Origin: Octopus vulgaris
Taxonomy: Eukaryota
Assembly: GCA_951406725.2 (NCBI GenBank)
Contig: OX597821.1
Span: 69,440,001-69,504,000, forward strand
Direction of reading: 5' to 3'
DNA length: 64,000 nt
How positions within the stretch are numbered: position 1 is the stretch's first letter; each line of letters begins with the position of its first letter. Made by a program: the position numbers and the translations under genes. Positions 53,975 to 64,000 of the stretch are shown here, in pieces. A model generated the notes under the pieces. It did not search any database, was not told the origin of the DNA, and worked only from the letters and a program-made list of their open reading frames with translations.

Positions 53975-56900
53975 GACCCTGTAGGTGTGTTTGGGTGGGG
54001 GGAGGAAGAGTCTGGATCTCAAAGTAAAGACAATATTCGTAGACCCGGAGGGTAGACTAGTCGTCCTGGATGTCGACGGCAGCAATGCGTGTGCTTTTCG
54101 ACTTGTATCAGTCTACGCACCAGCTTTAACAGGTCGGGTGAATTTCTTTCAACGTCGAGAAGTATTCTTGGGAACGTCTCGTCCTTTACTCTTAGTGGGG
54201 GATTGGAATGCTACCTGGGACACGCATGTAGACTACGTGTGCAGAGATAGGAATAGACGGGGATGCAAATGCCTCAGAGACCTGCTCAGACGCTTTCAAC
54301 TGTCTGACAGGTACCGACTCGACCACCCGAATGCGCCAACGTGGACATGGAGCAACCGCATCGGATCGTCGAGATCGTATCTAGATAGGATACTGTGTAG
54401 GACAGTAGATAGAGATAGCCTAGGATGTCCACAATTCCACATAGTCAGCTACACGGATCACGAACTTGTGGCATGTACACTAGACTTAGGAAAGACACAT
54501 AGGCAGGGTCCTGGATACTGGAAACTAAACGCGTCTTTCCCATCGAGACAAGTTTTCAGAGACCGGATTAGCACACTAGTAAAGAGGGCTTTGACGGGAG
54601 CCACCATCAACAAGAAATGGTGGTTTGCCCTCAAGAGAGCAGTAAAAGCAGAAGTGATTAGGTACAGCAAAGCACTAGCCTTAGATAGAAACAGAGTAGA
54701 GGGTGAGCTAGTTAAGAAGCTAAAAGAGGTAATTAGAAGCGGCATCGCATCCGACGTTTTGGCGGCGAGGTTGGCCCTCGACCAACACTTCAACGCCAAA
54801 CACGAAGGGTTTGTTGTCAGAGCTAGGATGCGTGCTCTGAGGAACGAAGGCGTTGGAGCCACATGAGAGGCCCAGGTGACAGAGGCGCAACAGGGCAACA
54901 AGGCCACCATTCGGTCTCTGGTAGATGAAAATGGGCGCGAATTGCTCGAGCCAAGTAAAATGTGTGAGGCCTTTCAACAGCATTTTTCCCGACCGTTCGG
55001 GACGAGTGGCGGGCAAGAACGTAGGGTGGACTTCAGTGCCTACCTACACAGCCTACCACGACTCTCGACATGAGAGGCAGGGCGCTGCGAAGGTGCCATC
55101 ACGGCGGCGGAAGTGCAGGATGCGATGGCAGAATGCTCGAGGGACAAATCGCCGGGTTTGGATGGTCTATCCTACGAGCCTTACAGTTGTATGCCAGACT
55201 TGTTTAGAGACGTCTTGGCAGCGGTGTACTGCAACTGGCGGCAAAACGGGAGCATTCCTGGTTTTGTGAGCCGAGGAGCCGTAACACTGCTGAAGAAAGA
55301 TTTAAACAAGGGGGATGTAATAGATAACTTTAGGCCCATCACTCTGCTTAATGCAGACTTGAAAATTTTAGCCAAGGTGTTAGCCAAGAGGTTGGCCATT
55401 ATCATCGAGAAACTGGTCCTCAAGGCGCAAACGTGCGCCGTACCGGGCCGGAGCACCTATGAAAACCTTCACCTGATGCGCTACATCATAGACAATGTAG
55501 TTAAGGAACCTGGCATGGGTGGGGCCCTGATCAATTTGGATCAATCGAAAGCTTTCGATAGGTAGACCATCGATACTTGGAGGAAACCTCAATGCGGCTG
55601 GCTTCGGTCCCGTCTTCCGCGGTTGGATAGCCGCTTTGTACAGAGGAATCCGTTCGGTAATTCGTGTAAATGGACATCTATCAAGACCTTTCGACATTGC
55701 ACGTTCGGTCCGTCAGGGATGCCCTCTCTCGTCGCTTCTATACGTATTGACTCTCGAGCCATTATTGCGGAAGCTGGCAACTCTGAGGGGCATCCCACGA
55801 GAATTGGGATGCGGGACGAGCGTATCTGCATACGCGGACGACGTCATAGTGTCTAGCCACGAGCACATCGAGCTGGTCGGCGAGACACTGAAAGACTACG
55901 AAGTGGTGACAGGAGCGAAAATCAACCGGGAAAAGTCAGTGGGCTTGCGACTCGGCACCTGGAGAAGCAAGACCATGCCATCCACCAGCGCCTCCGTCGT
56001 GGGACGCTGAACCGACGGTCCGGTCGAGTTGCTCGGGGTCTGGTTCGGTCCGGACCTCCAAATGGAGAAGAACTGGAACGAGATAACGAGTAGGGTGGTC
56101 ACTCTCGCCCGGCAATGGGCCGAGAGGAAACTGTCCCTAAAAGGTCGGGCGGAGGTGGCGAACTCGTACATCGCTTCCGTCATCTACTACCGCCTGACTG
56201 TCGTGCCTTGTGCCGACCCTACCATCACCAAACTAGAACGCATTCTCTTTCACTTCTTGCGGAAAGGATGCGTCCCGATGGTCAGGCAATCCATTTTCTG
56301 CCAACACTCGTTAAAAGGAGGACTGGGCATGCCGTGGTTGATGATGCGCAGACACGCGCTGAGACTGCGACATCTCCGGCTCTACGTAGACGACGGTGAA
56401 CAGGTGTGGGCGCCGTTTGTGAGGTACGCTTTCCCGCAACTCGTCTCCATTACCGAACTGCAGTCGTGGATCAAAAAGAGGCCGAGGAAGAGCGAATTGC
56501 ACTGCGAGTGTCGCGTTGCTCTCAAGCAACTCTGCCGTCCCGGGTCGACCTTGAGTGACTTCAACACGACCAAAGCATTCTATAGGGGATTAGTGGAGGG
56601 AAGGCACGACAACGAGCTCGGGCGAACCTGGACGTCGACGAGGAATACCTGACCCACCTGTTCAAGACGACTTTCAGGCCAAGGCCCATGGACAACTTCC
56701 AGAGACCCCCTGGCCTGGCAGTGCTACCGAGAAGCGCTACCCGTTCGGGATAAGCTCTACAGACACGGTTCGAGAAACATGGGGCCGACCTGCCCGAGAT
56801 GCGGTCAGAATGACGAAACCGTTCTGCACGCACTCGTGCAGTGTTCAAAATTTTCTGACCTGTGGGCTTATGTCGAACGACTGCTGTCACGTGTGGGACG

Positions 56901-57542
56901 AGTCGGTTTATCAGCCGAGTCTATCGTCAATATTGTCACGCCTCCTTCCTTCAAACGGGAAGGAAGAGCTATTTTCACCATCCTTGTGGCTATGGCGAAA
57001 GAATGTATCTGGTGGACGTGTCTGAAAGAATTGGAGACAAACACTTTCCTCTCTTTTCAATCTCTCATCAACTTCTTCAAGTATCACTTGAAAAGGAAAG
57101 TGAGAGTAGAGAGGCAAGTTTTGTCTAGCGAATGTTTTAAAAAAAGATGGGTGAATGTAGCAAGGATGGCACGTATGAATGACGAAGCCACGTTGAGCAT
57201 AATCCTATGAACCCGGAAAATTTAAAACAGAGGGTTACCTACTTGCAAGCAAATGTGGTAACATGTAATATTATTGACCGAGGTTACCGTGGTCTTTTCC
57301 GTAGGTTTTTCTTCCCACGGCTAAACCTTATCTGCTTCCCCCTTTACACTTAACTTCATGACACTGTCATACACGGTCCCTATTGATCGTCCTATTTCCC
57401 CTTTTTTTTTCTTCTTTCCCTTTTACGATCCCTTTTGACCGAAAACCTACCCCACCCTTTTTCTCTCTCCCCAAAAGAAAAGCTATACTTTATAATCTGT
57501 CCCGTCTGTGTGCAGCTCTGTGTGGCTAATAAAGAAACATAT
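53975..57542 (+). mobile_element. Tx1/L1-clade LINE, near-complete ORF2 pseudogene plus 3' UTR
   Basis: APE (VYAP, GDWN, YLDRI, TDH), RT (KSPGLDG, NFRPITLLN, LDQSKAFDR, QGCPLS, YADD) and CPRC..H..C finger; stops and frameshifts; tail gtggctaataaagaaac. Confidence 0.95.
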
Positions 57543-57931
57543 CTTTATTTGGATTGCTTTTACTGTCTTATTTTGTTTTTACTCTCCAGTTCTTGTCACC
57601 ATTTTTACCCCTCCGCAAAAAAATCCCAAATTTTATTTAATTTGCTTTGCGGGAAGGACTGTTTCAACGAAGTCGTATCGAAACACGCAATAAGTCGAAG
57701 CAGGGGCAGCTGAAGAAGGGGAATGTTCCTTGTGTTGTATGTCTTGTACTCTGTTTTTTTCGTTGTTTTAAAAAGTCCGTTTCCATGTTTTGTTTTTATG
57801 TTTTCGTTTCTCGTTGTGTTCTACGTTTTTTTTTGTGGTGTCCTGTACCCATATATACATGAATATATACATATAGATGTAGGTATGTACATATATGTAT
57901 GTATGCATATGTTTTATTTATTAAATTGTTA

Positions 57932-57968
<37 letters not shown>

Positions 57969-58311
57969 GTTTCTCTTGTCTATCGCAAATCATTATATCA
58001 GGTCTGTTGTGCTTACCTTTTCTTCACTGGGACATTCCACCAGTACTTCTTTTTATTATGAGTGGTTACGGTTTCTTATTTCTTACTCCTCGGGTTTATT
58101 ATTCCGATGGATCTCATTATAGAATGTCCTAGCTACAGCATCATGTTTTTTTCTGTGTCCCTTTCTGTGGAAGAGCGTAGGCTCGAAACGGAAAAGGCTT
58201 TTTTTAAAATTCCTGAGCGTTATACTAATACATCTGTTTGTTTTGTACACCACCTGTCTTCGTCTTTTGTGTTTTTTTGTAAACTCTCCCTATATATATA
58301 TATATATATAT

Positions 58312-58822
58312 ATATAAGAAAATAGTAAAGTGTGAAAAAACGACAGAAGGCTTAAATGTTAAAAAATATATATATTTGTGTCAAAATGTCTGGAGAATAT
58401 TGGAAAAATTTTTTTCCCTTTCCTTAAAATGACATAATTTAAAAATTTTTAAAGAAATTACCGGTTTCGCGTGTAGCTTTTCAAATTTCTTGTGACGTTA
58501 TGTTTATATTGCATATAATTATCGTTGTTTTTATTTCCAGGAGATTTCTAAATAAGGGGAGGTAGTGAGTGATTTTTTCCGGTGTAGGGGAGATAATCGC
58601 TTAAAAAATTTTTTTTTCCCTTTTCCTTGTTAATTTCTCTGTGTCAGTATGTTCGGATGGTTGAGTCTGGGTTTGTACTTTTCAATGAAGAATGTTTCCT
58701 TGTTCAAGGAAAGGGAAAAAAAAATTTTTCCAATATTCTCCAGACATTTTGACACAAATATATATATTTTTTAACATTTAAGCCTTCTGTCGTTTTTTCA
58801 CACTTTACTATTTTCTTATATA
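58312..58822 (-). mobile_element. Penelope-like terminal remnant with ~110-bp inverted arms
   Basis: Arms ~58312-58425 and 58706-58822; minus-strand NKETFFIEKYKPRLN is a GIY-YIG end; (TA)n flanks. Confidence 0.8.
58452..58491 (-). ncRNA. Minimal type I hammerhead ribozyme with U3-A8 core (putative)
   Basis: Minus strand: aagaaat TTGAAAA gc tacac gc GAAA ccgg TA atttctt; perfect 7-bp stem I. Confidence 0.7.
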
Positions 58823-58856
58823 CTCACCCACGTGCTTTACCAAACAAACTTTCTTA

Positions 58857-58898
<42 letters not shown>

Positions 58899-59426
58899 CC
58901 AAAGAAAACGCGCTTTAACATACGTGTTTCTATCTATCTGTCTGCCTATCTATCTCGACATACATACAATCAAATACTAATATATATATATATAAAGAGA
59001 GAGAATATTGATTGCCTGGTTCTCTTTCCTATTCCCTATCACTCTTTCATATACAACCATCAACCATACACGCTAGTACATATATTGGACCGACAAAACC
59101 AAAATTTATAGTCTCGATAACAGAGGAGTGCTCGACCGACCGGTTTACTGTGAGATTTGGCGTTTATTATGATTTATATTAGACTTCCTGCATAAGGAAT
59201 TTATTTAACATTTTATGGGTTTATGCGTGCTGACGTAAATATATATGCAACGAGTACTGTGCAATTTGAACTGGAGGTCTTCTTTATAACCGAGGTAATC
59301 TATAAAATGGTTGAAAGTTAAGATCTATTTATTGGTGGCGAAGCTGGAATTTGACGGTAAATAAATATTTACGTTTATTATATTTAAGCAAAGAGATGTG
59401 TGCAAATATGATGTATCTATATATGG

Positions 59427-59457
<31 letters not shown>

Positions 59458-59517
59458 TGTATGTATGTATGTGTGCGCTATCTGTCTACCTGTCTGTTTG
59501 TCTGTCTGTCTCTGTGC

Positions 59518-59575
<58 letters not shown>

Positions 59576-59576
<1 letters not shown>

Positions 59577-61662
59577 AGATGGCGGCGTGGGTTTCGCCCC
59601 GACATCCGAAACTCGTAGCTTTATCATCGATACTTGGAAGCTGTCCTCAGAGCGGCTGGCTTCGGTCCCGTCTTCCGCGGCTGGATAGCCGCTTTGTACA
59701 AAGGCATCCGTTCGGTAATTCGCGTAAATGGACATCTATCGAGACCTTTCGACATCACACGTTCGGTCCGTCAGGGATGCCCCCTCTCGTCGCTTCTATA
59801 CGTATTGACTCTCGAGCCATTATTGCGAAAGCTGGCAACTCTGAGGAGCATCCCACGAGAACTGGGATGCGGGACGAGCGTGTCTGCATACGCGGACGAC
59901 GTCACCGTCATAGTGTCTAGCCACGAGCACATCGAGCAGGTCGGCGAGACACTGAAAAACTACAAAGCGGTGACAGGAGCGAAAATCAACCGGGAAAAGT
60001 CAGTGGGCTTGCGACTAGGCACCTGGAGAAGCAAGCCCATGCCGTCCACCAGCGCCTCCGTCGTGGGACGCTGGACCGACGGTCCGGTCGAGTTGCTCGG
60101 GGTCTGGTTTGGTCCGGACCTCCAAATGGAGAAGAACTGGAACGAGATAACGAGTAGGTTGGTCACTCTCGCCCGGCAATGGGCCGAGAGGAAACTGTCC
60201 CTAAAAGGTCGGGCGGAGGTGGCGAACTCGTACATCGCGTCCATCATCTACTACCGCCTGACCGTCGTGCTTTGTCCGACCCTACCATCACCAAACTAGA
60301 ACTCATTCTCTTTCGCTTCTTGCGGAAAGGATGCGTCCCGATATTCAGGCGATCCATTTTCGGTCAACACCCGTTAAAAGGAGGACTGGGCATGCCGTGG
60401 TTGATGATGCGCAGACACGCGCTGAGACTGCGACATCTCAGGCTCTTCGTAGACGACGGTGAACAGGTGTGGTCGCCGTTTGTGAGGTACGCTTTCCCGC
60501 AGCTCGTCTCTATTACCAAACTGCAGTCGTGGATCAAAAAGAGGCCGAGGAAGGGCGAATTGCACCGCGAGTGTCGTGTTGTTCTCAAGCAACTCTGCCG
60601 TCCCGGGTCGACCTTGAGTGACTCCATCACAACCCAAGCATTCTATAGGGGATTAGTGGAGGGAGGTACGACGACGAGCTCGGGCGAACCTGGACGTCGA
60701 CGAGGAATACCTGACCCACCTTTTCAGGACGACTTTCGGGCCAGGGCCCATGGACAACTTCCAGAGACCCCTGGCCTGGCAGTGCTACCGAGAAGTGCTA
60801 CCCGTTCGGGATAAGCTCTACAGACACGGTTCGAGAAACATGGGGCCGACCTGCCCGAGATGCGGTCAGAGCGACGAAACCGTTCTGCACGCACTCGTGC
60901 AGTGTTCAACAATTTCCGACATGTGGGCTTATGTCGAACGACTGCTGTCACGCATGGGACGAGTCGGTTTATCAGCCGAGTCTATCGTCAATATTGTCAC
61001 GCCTCCTTCCTTCAAACGGGACCGAAGAGCTATTTCATCATCCTTGTGGCTATGGCAAAATAATGTATCTGGTGGACGTGTCTGAAAGAATTGGAGACAA
61101 ACACTTTCCTCTCTTTTCAATCTCTCATCAACTTCTTCAAGTATCACTTGAAAAGGAAAGTGAGAGTAGAGAGGCAAGTTTTGTCTAGCGAATGTTTAAA
61201 AAAAAGATGGGTGAATGTAGCAAGGATGGCACGTATGAATGACGAAGCCACCTTGAGCATAATCCTATGAACCAAGAAATTGAAAACAGAGGGTTACCCA
61301 CTTGCAAGCAAATGTGGTAACATATAACAATATTGACCGAGGTTACCGTGGTCTTTTTCGTAAGCTTTTCTTCCCACGGCTAAACCTTATCTGCTTCCCC
61401 CTTTACACCATACATCATGACACTGTGATACACGATCCCTATTGATCGTTTTTTTCCTCTTCCCCTGTTTTCCTCTTTTTTTCTTCTTTTTTCTTTTATC
61501 GTTTCTTTTGTTTCTTTTCGTTTTTCTTCTTTTTTCTTTTTTCCCTTTACGATCCCTTTTGATCGAAAACCTACGCCACTTTTTTCTTCATCCCCCCAAA
61601 GAAAAGCTCTACCTTGTAATTTGTCCCATCTGTATGCAGCTCTGTGTCGCCAATAAAGAAAC
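59576..61662 (+). mobile_element. Tx1 LINE copy 2 (RT C-half to 3' end)
   Basis: Near-identical to 55570-57540; ends aataaagaaac then (TATC)n. Confidence 0.93.
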
Positions 61663-61740
61663 TTATCTATCTATCTTTCTATCTATCTATCCATCAATCC
61701 ATCCATCCATCCATCCATCCATCCATCCATCCATCCATCC

Positions 61741-61848
<108 letters not shown>

Positions 61849-62603
61849 GCACGCAATCGTGCAGTGTCCAACAATCTCCAACCTGTGGGCTTATGTCGAA
61901 CGACTGCTGTCACGTGTGGGACGTGTCGGTTTATCAGCCGAGTCTATCGTTAATATCGTCACACCTCCTTCCTTCAAACGGGAAGGAAGAGCTATTTTCA
62001 TCATACTTGTGGCTATGGCGAAAGAATGTATCTGGTGGACGCGCCTGAAAGGATTAGAGACAAGCGCTTTCCTCTCTGGTCAATCTCTCATCAACTTCTT
62101 CAAGTATCACTTGAAGAGGAAAGTGAGAGTAGAGAGGCAGGTTTTGTCTAGTTGAATGTTTTAAAAAAAGATGGGTGAATGTAGCAAGGATGGCACGTAT
62201 GAATGACGAAGCCACCTTGACTATGATTCTATCAACCGTAAAAATTAATACAGAGAGTTGCTTATTTGCAAAAAAAAAAAAAAGAAATATAACATATGAC
62301 TTCATTGACCGAGGTTACCGTGGTCTTTTCCGTAGTCTTTTCTTTCCACGGGTAACCTCACCTGTCCTCCTCTTTACACATCATATTGACATTTCTGTGA
62401 TAACGATCCCTATTGATCAAATTTTTTTTCTTTCCCCCCACCCTTTTTTTTTAAATTATATCCCCCTTATTTTGTCCTCTTTCTTTCCATTTACGATCCC
62501 TTTTGATCGAAAACCAAACCCCCTTCTTTTACCCCCAAAAGAAAAGCTCTACCTTGTAATTTTGTCCTGTCTGTGTGCAGCCCTGTGTGGCTAATAAAGA
62601 AAC
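61849..62603 (+). mobile_element. Tx1 LINE copy 3 (short 3' fragment) inside (TCTA)n
   Basis: Starts directly in the ATCT array at ctgcacgc and ends aataaagaaac followed by (ATCT)n. Confidence 0.92.
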
Positions 62604-62622
62604 ATATCTATCTATCTATCTA

Positions 62623-62754
<132 letters not shown>

Positions 62755-63453
62755 GCTAGCTATCTATCTGTCTGTCTGTCTGTCTGTCTGTCTGTAATTT
62801 ATAAGGATTAGCACACAAGCACGCACAGATGTACCAAAAAAAACTGAAACAGTTAATAACTATAAATACAAGAAATCCATGGAATAAAAGGAAACAAAAT
62901 TTAAACAGCAAAGACCGATGAAAACTTACAGTTGCAAAAGTTATTCCAATATAGATAAATAAATAAATAAACACGTGAAGTGGGGAAAAAATGAAAAAAT
63001 AGTCATAGTGACATCGCGTTGAGAATATTGTTGACAGTCACCAAATAACTCAAATAAATGAAAACAAGGCGGCCCTCACAAGGAAGTTGTTGTTGTTGTT
63101 GTTGTTGCTGATGCTGTTGTTGTTGTTTTTGCACCTGCAGATATTCACCTCTCACCCGTTTACCTCAACTAGAATCCAACATCATTAGAAAACTTCTCAA
63201 TTCAAATACCAGATGGTGGTAAGTCAACTGCGGTGCTATGCCCTTCCTTCCTTCTTTCGCTTCTTCCTACCCTTCTAACTCTCACCCTCTCACTTCATTA
63301 TTGCAATCTGTTTACATTTGTTCTTATTTTAAAGTTCCTTTTGTTTTATTTTATTTCTTTTGTTCTTCATTTTTAATTAGGCTGCTTTTGAAGGAGGACA
63401 AGAACCAGAGGGATGAAGAGCGAAAGGAGAAGAAAGAGCAAAAAGAAAGAGAG

Positions 63454-63493
<40 letters not shown>

Positions 63494-64000
63494 GGAGAAT
63501 GAGATGTGACGGATTTGTCACGAAGCTGAAGCTATTTCGAAGGAATGAGTTAAAATCACAAAACGTGTGAAAAGAGAATATAAAAGATACAATATATAAA
63601 AGGCGATGGTAGTAGTTTGGACAGAAGGAGCCGTTAAATTGCTTAGAACAACAAGGATTATTACGGAGCTTTTAGAAGATGAATAATAATAATAATCGGC
63701 TCTCATGTCTTCTGATCTTAACTGACTGGAAGTGTTATCATGTACATTGTTTTGTCTTGGTATAAAAGATGGGCTACAGCAAATATTCTGCTCAGTACCA
63801 CAGATTTGCTTGTCAGTTGTTTGACCGTAACCAGTTGAGCATGTCCCTTAGTGGCTGACGATATGTGCATCTCTGATCACGAGTAGAAGTAGTGGGGGAG
63901 CATCATAGCCATGTGTTGAGAGGGATTCTTTGGGGTTTGAATGATTCACCTCTGGAAACATGGGTGGTTCTTTCAACATCCTTAAACAACCCTTATTCAG

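Overview
AT-rich, microsatellite-saturated eukaryotic genomic DNA, almost entirely transposon debris. The repeat inventory (tRNA/CORE-type SINEs, RTE, CR1, Tx1/L1, R4/Dong-like LINEs, Penelope-like GIY-YIG elements, mariner, Helitron) suggests an octopus or other coleoid cephalopod; this is an inference. Only one host coding region is supported: an uninterrupted ankyrin-repeat ORF (34198-35265, ANKRD34/63-like) preceded by a splice acceptor. The most interesting structure is in the repeats. (i) Several minimal type I hammerhead-like folds sit in Penelope-like remnants and (TA)n-flanked fold-back units, two with a compensatory U3-A8 core. (ii) A SINE family shares a 43-nt 3' tail and stem-loop with the local Tx1 LINE. 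(iii) Different retroelement families associate with different microsatellites. (iv) SINE heads and tails are shuffled as modules. (v) A Helitron sits next to its own paralogous empty site. Family assignments come from motif recognition only; no database searches or folding programs were run.
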